This document shows, piece after piece, positions 25,719-37,446 of a stretch of DNA of 64,000 bases (positions are counted from its first letter, which is position 1; each line of letters begins with the position of its first letter). The DNA is from Octopus vulgaris. Lineage: Eukaryota. The position numbers and the translations under genes are program-made. Location: assembly GCA_951406725.2 (NCBI GenBank), contig OX597817.1, positions 38,006,001 through 38,070,000 of the forward strand, read 5' to 3'. The notes below the pieces were generated by a model that had not been told where the DNA came from, ran no database searches, and saw only the letters and a program-made list of their open reading frames with translations.

Positions 25719-26234
25719 GCTACACTAAGAAGATCGTCTCAATGCAACATATCAGCTACTGGGAAAGACTGAAAGTATTAAAACTCTTCTCCCTGGAGCG
25801 AAGGCGGGAGAGATATGCAGTGATATACATCTGGAAAATCCTGGAGGGTCTTGTCCCAAATTTTGGCATTGAAAGTTACCGCAACAACAGAACGGGGCGC
25901 CACTGCATGGAGAGATCCCAACATCACCATCAAAATACAGGACCAGATACTGCAACAGCTTGGGTTTCAGGGGACCAAAGCTCTTCAATATCCTTCCTAA
26001 ATGCCTGAGAGACCTGTGGATGTGAATTTCTTTAAAACTAAACTGGATCTCTTGTCAGGGTTTCCAGATGAACCTACCTCTCGGCAGGAAACACAGATGC
26101 GGACAGTGGCGTCGAACTCCCTTGTTGACCAAGTGCCACGTATCAGAGGTGGTTTCACATACTAGTGTAGCTCATTCAACTGTGGTGCCCCAGCATGGCC
26201 GCAGCTTTCGGGCTGAAACATTTTAAAGGATTTA
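25719..26234 (+). mobile_element. 5'-truncated LINE (CR1/L2 group), RT C-terminus plus 3' end
   Basis: ISYWERLKVLKLFSLERRRERYAVIYIWKILEGLVPN. Same family as 56737-57815. 3' end ggtgccccagcatggccgcagc...gctgaaac. Confidence 0.9.
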
Positions 26235-27501
26235 TGCTGCGACATCAGAATGTTGTTTCATTCTTGCAATAGTTTTATGGAGATGTTGCTTCATTATTGC
26301 AGTATGGCTATGTCGAGATGTTATTTCACCATTGCCATGTGGCTCTGGAGTGTTTCTTCCAAATCTCTTTGCACCTTCCAGTCATGAGCATTCTGAGTCT
26401 TGACTTTCCTTCACTTATATTCCTGAATTATCCTTTTTTCATCTTCCACAAGAAAGCCAAGAATGAATAATGCAGCACTAGAAAAGTTCGAGTCAACATT
26501 ACTGGAACAACTCACCCAACTAGATTATAAAATCGGTTTTGTTTCTAAGTTTTCCCTTTGATATTGGCGTTTGTCTATAAAATCTCGTACCGGTGGCAAT
26601 ATAACGTGTCTTCTGATCTTCATTCTTTGCCAGTAACTTCTTACACAGTTGCTATCAAGAAAAAGAATAGCGAATGGAAGACCCACCAGGATGCCTATTT
26701 CCTCTGCCTGCTAGTTTGTTGTAAATTTCTTGCTAGTAAATCCAAGAATGCAAACTATATCCAATGCTTTGAATATCAGTGCTTCAGGTATCAATCTATT
26801 TGTTTGAGAAGTCATGCAAGACGACCTAAGGCCCTTTCTTATCAAAGCAGCCTGGAAATCTTAGGACAGCTATCTGCGAATTTGTGCTTGTGTTTTTGCG
26901 CATGCATGTGTTGAATATGTTTCTTTTTCTTCCTGTATGATTTTTGTTATTTAGATTCAGGTTAAACTTGCTAGGGTTGATTTATGTTCAAAGGCATTCC
27001 ACCAGTGACCATTCTGTCCTTTTAAGAATATCGAACATTATATTATCTGATGTGCCTTTATTTTTTTGAAAGCAATGGCACTTGATCTGAGGGATGTTTG
27101 AATGCTATTTCTAGCTGGCCGAACAATTCGTAAAGACTTAGTTACATTAACTATTAACAAATAAAAGAGAAAAATCTCGGCAACTATTTTTCTCAAGTTT
27201 CTAAACACGAACCTTGTTTGCATAAGTAATGAATCTGAAGAGAAATATGGTATAAAAGCTAACACTAATCCTTCTTATAAGCAACATTAGAGAAAACTTA
27301 AACACAAAAAACAAGAGAGACCAATTTATTGAGAAGATTGCTGATGAATACTTGAAACGAAAAACACGGGCCATAAAGAGATAAAAGTATATTAGAAGTT
27401 TGGTATAGAGTACTGACAACCCTAAAACATCTCATCTTAAAGATTCTTCCTAAGCGATTAAAGAAGAAAATCCAGTTAAGTACTTCTTGTAAAAAGGAAG
27501 T

Positions 27502-27884
27502 GGAGGCGCAATAGCCCAGTGGTTAGGGCAGCGGGCTCGCGGTCGTAGGATCGCGGTTTCGATTCCCAGACCGGGCGTTGTGAGTGTTTATTGATCGAAA
27601 ACACCTAAAGCTCCACGAGGCTCCGGCAGGGATAGTGGTGATCCCAGCTGTACTCTTTCACCACAACTTTCTCTCACTCTTACTTTCTGTTTCTGTTGTA
27701 CCTGTATTTCAAAGGGCCGGCCTTGCCACTCTCTGTGTCACGCTGAATATCCCCGAGAACTACGTTAAGGGTACACGTGTCTGTGGAGTGCTCAGCCACT
27801 TACACGTTAATTTCACGAGCAGGCTGTTCCGTTGATCGGATCAACCGGAACCCTCGTCGTCGTAACCGACGGAGTGCTTCCAAC
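27502..27884 (+). mobile_element. SINE family C, full length
   Basis: tRNA-like head with A/B boxes. 11-bp TSD AAAAAGGAAGT (27491-27501, 27885-27895). Confidence 0.9.
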
Positions 27885-28224
27885 AAAAAGGAAGTCATTA
27901 GTCGTCACTAGCAAGCGAGTATTGCTTGGTAGCATACACCATACTTTCGTTGTTTTAGGTGTCTGTGTAGCCGAGAGTAGATATAGACACTCATTCGACT
28001 TCCCCGTACGTGACCCTGTGGAACATTAAAGATGTGACGAATAGAGAGAGAGAGGGAGAGAGAACTGTATCAACAGTCGACTGGTGCTCATCAACAGATG
28101 AGTAGAGTGGAGCAATATTAAATGAAATGCTTTGCTAAAGACGCATTGCAAAACCCAGTTCAGAAATTTAACTTATGACCTTATGATCCCGATACCCAAA
28201 CTATTAAGCCACGTTCCTTCTCTT

Positions 28225-28600
28225 ATACAAAAGACAAAAACGTACGTAGACTATGCAAAACCCTAAAGAATGCGTTAGTCACATCACTAAACTGTAACGG
28301 AACACAATCGAGATAATACCTTATCTTGATGCATGGAAGTGAGAGAAATCTGGACTAAGAAATGAAAAAATATCAACAATAGCCAATAAAAAAACATACT
28401 TTGATCCATTATTCAAGAGAATATTGGTGAAACAAAAGAATAAAAACAAGAACCAAATTAAAATACAACCGACCAGATATTGTTATCTGAAACAATAAAA
28501 CAGGAGCACGTTCTGTTGTGGAAATCGGTTACTCACCCAACATCAATGTTGTAAGATAATTAGATTAAAAGAATCATATCGATGAGGAATTTACGAGTCT
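28225..28600 (+). pseudogene. Relic of an R4/Dong-type non-LTR retrotransposon: CCHC finger plus restriction-like endonuclease
   Basis: Frameshifted RLCK..ECVSHIT..C, then EYW*NKRIKTRTKLKYNRPDIVI*NNKTGARSVVEIG (RPD...E motif). Possibly extends upstream to ~27150. Confidence 0.7.
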
Positions 28601-28789
28601 TGTACGCCAAAACATTCGACTTTGTACTGACTGACACTTGAGCAAGTAGGGTATATTGGCTGGGAATATAGCTAAACAACATTTGTGTAACGGACAGTCA
28701 TTAGTAGGCAGCCGGCTAAGCCAGTCTACAAATAGACTTTATGATATCTACTATTATTCATTTATTATGAGATGTTGTGATAATATGTT

Positions 28790-29540
28790 TGCACAGACAA
28801 GCAATTTTTACGGTGGCTGACAATTTTGAACAATGTGCCTGCTTCAAATTTTGCTGAAGCTCAGTAGATTTGCCACAAAAGTCTTCGAAATGCATCATCA
28901 AGGCATTTGGCGAAATTTTTTAGACTGACCATTGGTTTTCCACTGACATACGATTTTCAAGGCCAGTGAAGTATTGATTCAAGATAATAGGTATCGGAGG
29001 CGTTCAAAGTGAAAAGCAAGAAATTGCGGGAAAAAAATGTTGATCTCATCTATGACGAACCGTCGCTGATCAATCCATCATTTTACTCACATTGTTCATT
29101 GAGAATTTGGTTCTCCTGGGTGTACAGTGAATTCTGACTTTCTATTGCGGTATTTTGAGGTACTTGAGAGATGTGAAGCAAATAAAACCGGAGCTGTGGC
29201 GCAAATGCAATTGGCTGTTGCATCACGAAAATGCACCAGTTCACACTTTTCTCGAAACAACACTGCTTTTCACAACGAACAAAATGGCGATCGTTCCATA
29301 CATTCCATATTTGTCTGACTTATTTCTGTGACTCCATCATTGCGTTTCCCTAAATGAAGTTGAAGCTGAACAGACGCTGCCTCAAAACAGAAAATGAAAT
29401 TCATACCAAATCGCAGGCTGCATTGCACCAGTTTCAGGAAGAGGATGTCCGCGATGCTTTGAGGCGTGGAAGGCACTTTGGAATCGCTGTGAACGTTCCC
29501 AATGGATTTATTTCGAAGGAGCTGGGGCATATATGACACA
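28790..29540 (+). pseudogene. Degenerate mariner transposase
   Basis: LHHENAPVHT (HDNAPAH), PYLSDL (YSPDL), FPKMKLKLNRRCLKTENEI and terminal YFEG-like motif. Many stops and frameshifts. Confidence 0.75.
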
Positions 29541-30159
29541 CCTTATTTAATAGAGTATCTATATACTTTAAGGTTTGTTTTGAAAGGTTTCTGAACACAC
29601 ACACACAGTGCGCGCGCGCGTGAAATTGCATTTGTGTGTATGAACGTAATGCGTGTAAGAGTCAGCGACAGTATGTTTCTGTGATTAGATGTGTGTATTT
29701 CGGTCTTTCTACACGGCCATCCACCTTCTTTCTGTCGTCTTTCGTTTCTCATCTCGTCTTCTAATATAGTTTTATTTTTAGTTGTGTCAATGAGTGAAAA
29801 GTAATTAAGAGGATGTCTAGTAGGGTGGAAGCAAACAAACTCGATGCTATGCTCATTAATGTTGCGATTCTCAATTAACGGGATGAAACAACCGTCGAAG
29901 GAAAGCGTCGCGCCTTAGTTCAAATTCTGGAACAGTGACCAATTTACTGACTGCGAACGATTCAATGTTTCTAGTAGCATTTCGTCTAGCTCTTTATGTT
30001 CTGAGTTCAAATCCTGCCGAGGTCGGCTTTCTTTTTCATCCTCTCGGGGTCGATAAAATAAGTACAGCTGAGCACCGAGTTTAATGTAATCGACTTATGC
30101 CCTTCCCTTAAATTGCTGGTTTTGTGCTAAAATTTGAAACCATTATTATTGTTTCGGTA

Positions 30160-30924
30160 GTCATATAACTTGTTCTGAACTTTTCCATGTTTATAATCTT
30201 AAGAATATTTCTCTTGCTCGAATTTTTCCAAGTAATCCATGTTTTCCAGGCTATGCTATCGTGTTAATTAATAATAGGTCAACAAGTGGTGTCGTTGATT
30301 TCCTTTCCTCAATGATGCCGGTGACATATCAAAACTCTTATAGAACTATATTCATAAAAAGTATAGAACTATATTATCACCCCCTCAAATTTGAGAAACA
30401 AACACTCATAACTCTTTTCTTTTAAAACTTCATAGCATGAAGATTGATAGCATGAAATTCCTCGAATTGAGCTCTATCATTTAAGCTTAATTTTAAAAAT
30501 AAAACGTTAATTATACTTAAATACAAATTTTTGCCTTATATTTTTTTCATATTTTACCTCACAACTTTGTTGATACTAATGTTTGTTGCATGAGATGAAA
30601 ACTATGAAATCCTTCATGCTTTCTTCTATCATTGAAGCTAAGCTAAATATATTTTTGCATTTAAAATAAAAAAAAGTTTGTGAGATCTAAACTTGATTAG
30701 AGACGTTATTTACTCTCCTTTAACGTTGCTACAAAATTTTTCTACAGGACCAAATCTCAATTTTTTTAATGCCAAAATGTATCTAGGGACCAGTCCTCTT
30801 CAAAAATGTTTACAGTTTTCAATTTGGTTAAGAACTGAATTAGCAACAAGCTCTAAAAGATGCTGCGTGTGAGTAAATTGCGGCTTTTAGAATATTATTC
30901 AACTACTACCATAGTTGAATGATA
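30160..30924 (+). mobile_element. Non-coding element ending in a 13+6+13 palindrome (Crypton- or Helentron-like; second copy at 50839)
   Basis: 30780-30924 is the reverse complement of 50839-50980. 30160-30270 matches ~51265-51375 in reverse. Confidence 0.6.
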
Positions 30925-31053
30925 CCTTTGCTATACCACTTTCATTCCTTCTCCTTGATGACGAATGTACGACTATGTATAAACTCAAGTTCAAGACAAA
31001 AAAATATTTATATTATCAATATTGCCGTTTCACAACAATTTTTTTCTTTTTGC

Positions 31054-31092
<39 letters not shown>

Positions 31093-31129
31093 CACACATA
31101 CATACACACACATTAGATTACATTATGTC

Positions 31130-31800
31130 TGGATGTTGTTTATCCATCAGCGATAAGACTTGTTCTACATGCACCTGATTTACCAATCCCTATTCCACCT
31201 GATAGCCTTTATGATGCAGAACACAACACAGAGGTAGAAAGTGCTGCATTAGACGATGAAGAATTCGCCCCAAAATGATCAAGCACTGAGTCACAGCTAT
31301 TCTCTTAGGAAGAACTTAATGATTTAGTTAGAGAACTAGGTTTCCCCAAAGATACTGTAGAGCTCTTAGGGTCCCGATTAAAAGATAAAAATATATATTA
31401 ATCCAGACACAACAGTTTTTTGTTACCGAAATAGAAAAGAGTTTCCACCATATTTTAAGATAGATCCTTGGTACCTGACGTAAATAGAATAGTGCAGAAA
31501 CTTGGCGGAGATTACGATAAAGATGAATGAATGCTATTTATAGATTTGTTCAGTAAAATTCTGAAAGGGGTAATTCTTCATATTGGGTAGCATGAAAAGA
31601 AGTGATTTCAAATGCTCTGGGCAACAAGAAAACTCCAAATTACAAAATTATTGCGAAGAATTTGTTTTGCTGTAATTTAAGGATTTAGTTTACAAGACGA
31701 GTCTTATAGTTCACTAAAGTATATTAACATTTGAATTTTTTCTCTGGCGGCGGATGAAAACACGGAATCAGTGATATTGGCTAGGTGATTCATACGGAGA
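31130..31800 (+). pseudogene. Chapaev3-like (CMC/EnSpm superfamily) transposase relic with internal deletions
   Basis: PSAIRLVLHAPDLPIPIPP, QLFS*EELNDLVRELGFPKDTVELLGSRLKDKN, YDKDE*MLFIDLFSKILKGVILHIG, NALGNKKTPNY match recalled Chapaev3 motifs (ELNDLVRDL..SK..AELLGSRL; WRLFIDSSK.SLKAVLLHNG; FLGN.K..NY). Confidence 0.75.
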
Positions 31801-32647
31801 TTACGAAAAGAGTACAAAAAGTCATCAACAAAAATTTTGATGCAAAAAAAAAAAAAAAAAAAAAAAGCCTTAGAAACTATAAAAACTAAAAAAAAGTTAT
31901 GTGATTTTCATTCAAGTATTTTTGCTTACATGTATTTATACATACATATAATAACACTATGATCTACACAAGAATAACACACACACAACATTGAATAGAA
32001 CAAATGGTATTCAATTATAATTTATCTCTCACTCGTCTTTTCGCTTGAAGAGTCCATTTGGATATCATTCTATCTATGATTGCCAAGTTGCGCTACCTAT
32101 AACTTTTAATTGGCCGATTATACTACCACCCACTTCTATATTGAACTGTTGGTATTCCTACTTCGAGTGTTCATAAGTTGTTGAATTTGCCAGTCTAACA
32201 AACATATTGACCTGCATGTGGTTGCCTGATGATTCGGGGTTATTATTTGTAATACATTGTATAATCTTATGGATGTTGCATGTCTCGCATAACTAAAAGT
32301 TCGATGTTACATCATAATAAATTTTCCCAATAAAACATTGTAGCAATTGACTAAATAAATTTGCTGTACCAACTGCCGTCCTTTCCATTGCTGACGAATG
32401 TACGACTTTACATAAAACCAAATGATTTCAGGAAAAATCATTAATATTTATATGTCCACAACAATTTTGCGTGTATATAATTATAACTCCACACTCACAC
32501 ACACCTATAGATATATAGACATAAACATACATACATACATACACACACACATGCATATATATATTATATATATATATTATGTATATCATCAGGTGGTGCT
32601 ATTAAGTTAGACATGGCCTGGACCAATCTTTGGTCGAAACATATCTA

Positions 32648-32689
<42 letters not shown>

Positions 32690-32773
32690 TTGATCATTTG
32701 ACCGACCAGGCCATCAGATGTTGCTACACATCGCTGGTCACAATGCGCTTCGCGTTATATATATAAATATAAT

Positions 32774-32846
32774 ATGTGACAATTATTCGGTAGCCATGAT
32801 AAAACTCCGAGTTTCGGATGCCATCATGGCTACCGAATTGTCACAT
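32774..32846. repeat. 73-bp hairpin inside (TA)n, possibly a collapsed Penelope-type inverted terminal repeat
   Basis: ATGTGACAATT(ATT)CGGTAGCCATGAT ... ATCATGGCTACCGAATTGTCACAT around AAAACTCCGAGTTTCGGATGCC. Confidence 0.7.
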
Positions 32847-34452
32847 TACATTTACAGATAAATTCCTCTATTTACATAATATCGAGGTGTCTTTCTTTTT
32901 TGTCTTACCATTTTTATCAATATATATATATATATATATATATGCACTCCCACCTACTCTCTCTCTCATGCATATATATTGTACTCTAATTTACACATAC
33001 CGACTACAAACACACGGACACACGTATATACATAAGCATATAAGCTTTAATGTTTGCACAATCTGTATCGTTGTTCTTTACATTTATCACAGCAGTGTGA
33101 TTTGCATTAGTTTGACCTTCATTAACGATCGTATGTACTACTGTACAAATAAACATTCTGAAGTGCACTAATGATGCAAATAAAATAAAAACAGCATCAC
33201 TCAGGACAAACAAAGTGCAAGTATGATGCACACATATAAGTGCAATTATGATGCACGCATAAGTTGCACGAGTGATTGCATCAATGACAGTTTGTTGTAT
33301 GTAATATTATAGAGCGCAGGAAAAAACTACCTAAGAAATAGAGAAGACGAAGGGAGAGATTCGAAGTGATGTCTGACTCTGCTCGTAATAGTAGCTAAAA
33401 TCTCCCTCAAACGACACAATTCTCTTTAAAACTAGATGAGCAAATTGGAAAATATAGTCTAGGATATACAAATGCACGAGGGGATCAAGACTAAAATATC
33501 TTTAATCCTTGGTCTGCTCAATCAGGGCTGGCTGAGGGATAAATTACAATAATTTAAGAATTAGAGAGCTAACGGGATTACCTAAAGATGGTCACTCAAT
33601 CTGCTAGAAATAATAACTAAATCTCCCTCAAATCAAATTTTAGAACTCTGCAGTTCTAAAGATCCAGTCTAAGGTATTAACATCATCAACAACGTCTGAG
33701 TATTACAGTCTCAACCCTCTAGGACTCATTGGCTCAGTAATGTTATTTAGAAAAACAGACGAGATAGTCGTCGTATGAATATCTTTGATGGCAACAACCT
33801 AAGAATTACAGCAGTGATAAAGTAATTTTTCTCGCTAAATCCTGCACACAAAAGAGAATGAAAGCGATAATTTTATCTTGTATCTTTTCCTTCATTTACT
33901 CGCAACTTAATGTATGATTGTTTCTGATTTAGGCACAAGGTCAATAGTTTTGATGACAGAGGATAAGTCGACTGCATCAATCTCAAAACTTTTTTTTTTT
34001 TCGTTGAGCTTTAGAACTCAATAAGGTCGGTTATTCGGTTTCCACGACGTATAACCGAGATGACAACATTCCTCCCTGGACGACGGTTCGTTGCAAATTT
34101 CAAAGCCTGCAGCTTTGATAGGAAGTGACAAGTCAATTACATCGACTCCGATACTGGATTGGTGCTTTATTTTACTAACTTCGAAAGATTGAAAGATAAA
34201 GTTAACCTTGGTGGGATTAGAAGTCAGAACGTTAAGAACCAGAAGAAGTATTCTAATACATCAAAGCAGTTTTTTTCCGACTCTCTAAGGATTCTGTATA
34301 ACTAACCACAATGACGTCTCGTCAAAGCTCCTATATTTTCTGCATTGTACATTATAGTTTTCTGCCCTTGAATTAGAGAGCGCCTGAAACTGGAGTCTAC
34401 AAGACTTAAGGAATATCTCAAGAGACTCAAAACTGTTTAGGTGATCTACCTA

Positions 34453-34617
34453 GGCGCAGGAGTGGCTGTGTGGTAAGTAGCTTGCTTACCAACCACATGG
34501 TTCCGGGTTCGTTCCCACTGCGTGGCACCTTGGACAAATGTCTTCTACTATAGCCTCGGGCCGACCAAAGCCTTGTGAGTGGATTTGGTAGACGGAAACT
34601 GAAAGAAGCCCGTCGTT

Positions 34618-34713
<96 letters not shown>

Positions 34714-34920
34714 TTGTGTGTGTGTGTGTGTGTGTGTGTATCAACATCGCTTTACAACTGATGCTGGTGTGTTTACGTCCCCGTAACCTAGCGGTTCGGC
34801 AAAAGACCCCGATAGAATAAGTACTAGGCATACAAAGAATAAGCCCTGGGATCGATTTGCTCGACTAAAGGTGGTGCTCCAGCATGGTCCCAGTCAAATG
34901 ACTGAAAAGATTAAAAGAGT
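34453..34920 (+). mobile_element. SINE family A with expanded internal (CT)n(TA)n(TG)n
   Basis: Family A head and tail. Internal microsatellite ~34617-34740. Confidence 0.9.
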
Positions 34921-35557
34921 ATATGTTATCACTGTTGTTTAACCCCAAACAATACTCAAAGCAATACTACGCATGTCTGCATGCACATAATTTATGTCAT
35001 ATGCTGTGAGATGAAATGTATAATTACACTCACTAATCCAGAAGTGTCACATGACTTACTAGAAAAATCAACTAAATCTATCTCAATTCACATCCTACAC
35101 TCTTAAAAGTGGTAGGATACATTAAATAATACATAATCCAACGTGTCGTTTCAATCAAGATGGATGGTCACGGTTTGAAGTCTCCTGACTATAGTTCTGC
35201 TATGTAGTTGGCAGTAAACTACAGCAACCTCTCTCGTTGAAAACTCTCTCTCCTTCACCCATTGTCGTGTTGTGACCCCTTTTTGCTGTATTTGCAACTC
35301 CCAAACCCATACGGTTTAGATTCTGCTTATCCAAAAATGAAAAACATTACACTGCACCTAGTTAAAGCTAGCCTACGTGCTAAACTTATTTTTAGTTACG
35401 TGTCCAGCATTTATTTCACTGACTTTATATTTCAGGCCCCTAAGAACAAGTACCAGTTATGTGATGTGGGATTGCTTTATTGCAAATTTTGCAGGTTTAT
35501 CCCAAAGCAAATAACTACTTGCACCAACGCATGTCTGCGCTTGTGTGTGTGTGTGAA

Positions 35558-35953
35558 GGTGGCGAGCTGGCAGAAACGTTAGCACGCCGGGCGAAATGCT
35601 TAGCGGTATTTCGTCTGCCGTTACGTTCTGAGTTCAAATTCCGCCGAGGTCGACTTTGCCTTTCATCCTTTCGGGGTCGATAAATTAAGTATCAGTTACG
35701 CACTGGGGTCGATATAATCGACTTAATCCGTCTGTCTGTCCTTGTTTGTCTTCTCTGTGTTTATCCCCTTGTGGGTAGTAAAGAAATAGGTATTTCGTTT
35801 GTCTTTACGTTCTGAGTTCAAATGCTGCTGAGGTTGACTTTGCCTTTCATACTTTCGGGGTCGATAAATTAATTACCAGTTACATACTGGGGTCAATATA
35901 ATCGACTGGCCCCTTCCACCAAAATTTCGGACCTTGTGCCTAGAATAGAAAAG
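35558..35953 (+). mobile_element. SINE family B, dimeric form (body repeated)
   Basis: Two successive gttctgagttcaaat...gcctttcat...ctggggtc units. Same architecture at 44456-44850. Confidence 0.85.
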
Positions 35954-35964
35954 TGTGTGTGTGT

Positions 35965-36245
35965 AAATGCTCACAATTGCAAGGTTGTGAGTTCGATTCT
36001 CGGTGACGCGTTGTGTCCTTGAGCAAGATGCTTTGTTTCACGTTGCTCCAGTCCACTCAGCTGGCAAAAATGTGTAATACTTGTATTTCAAAGGGCCAGC
36101 CTTGTCTCACTGAATCTTCGAGAGAATTACGTTAAGGATACACATGTTAGTGGAGTGCTCAGCCACTTGCACGTTAATTTCACGAGCAGGCTGTTTCGTG
36201 GAACGGATGAACTGGAACCCTCGTCGTCGTAACCGACGGTGTTCC
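35965..36245 (+). mobile_element. Chimeric SINE: family-D body plus family-C tail, followed by a family-A 3' half (36268-36410)
   Basis: gtgtccttgagcaag...cacgttgctccagtccactcagctg (as in 48236-48575) joined to gtatttcaaagggccagcc...cgtaaccgacgg (as in 5654, 27502). Confidence 0.8.
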
Positions 36246-37012
36246 AGATATATATATATATATATATAACGGTTCGGCAAAAGAGACAGATAAAATAAGT
36301 ACTGGGCGTACAAAAAATGACTTGGGGTCGATTTGTTCGATTAAAACTCCTTAAGGTAGTGCTCCAGCATGGCCGCAGTCAAATTACAAACATGTAAAAG
36401 AAAAAGAAAATTGTGTGTGTGTATGTAGAGCATTGTGCGTAGATAAAATACTGAGAGGGCAACCCAGATTAGATGGGACATAGCTGGGTCATCGGATTGC
36501 AGACAATACCTCCAATAGGCTTTCAAGCAATTTTCTACTCCGATGGACGGGGTCAACCTGACGTTCTGGTAGGAGACATTTGCTCAAAGCAGCATCCTGA
36601 GATTTTAATGTAAACGATGTTGAACTTCAAACGCAAAGCGAACTAGGAAGCCGTTAGCAGGAACCACCCCCCGGCATTCTTACCTCATCAGAAGAACGCT
36701 CCACCATTTTTGTGCAGGATTTGAGCCTTTCTTTATGTGTGTGTGTGGGTCGGGTGGGAGGTGGCGCAGTTATAACGGCAAAAGATAGACACAACGGCAA
36801 GAAAATTGCCTTAAAGCGGTCTATCGAACAAGCATACCCCGAGATATTTGTTCCGTCCGAGTTGCACAAACAGTCCTTTGTTACTCATAGCCATCAGAAA
36901 TACCGTGTACCAGCGAATGGTTTTTTCGGGGAAGCACAACACAGGAATCTATTGTTCACAGAATTTATTGTGTATGACTAAACATATAATATTTGTGTGT
37001 CTGTCTATAGAA

Positions 37013-37043
<31 letters not shown>

Positions 37044-37397
37044 TACATACATACATACATACTCACACATTTATATGCATTTAATATGTGTTTATATATA
37101 GACATGTATATTAGTACGTGAATAATATAGGTGTGTGTGTATTATATATCCGTTTAACAAGAGATTGACTCGACTCAATATATCTGAGTGTGTGTGCGCG
37201 CGCACGTATGTGTGTGTACATTTTCATTTCAAAAAGAAACAAAAATCATGAATGAAACCTAACATTTTACATTGTATATTAACAGTTTGCTGTTGACGTC
37301 ACGGACTGGGGAGGATGGAGAAATTAGAACGAGAGAGATAGAAAATACATGAGAGCGAGCGAAAGAGAGAGAGCACAAGAGAAAAAGAGTGACAGAA

Positions 37398-37446
<49 letters not shown>

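Noticed and set aside
27502-27575. tRNA genes at SINE heads (also 5654, 12711, 48500)
   Set aside because: A/B boxes are present, but each continues into a SINE body and tail, often with a TSD, and lacks a complete cloverleaf.
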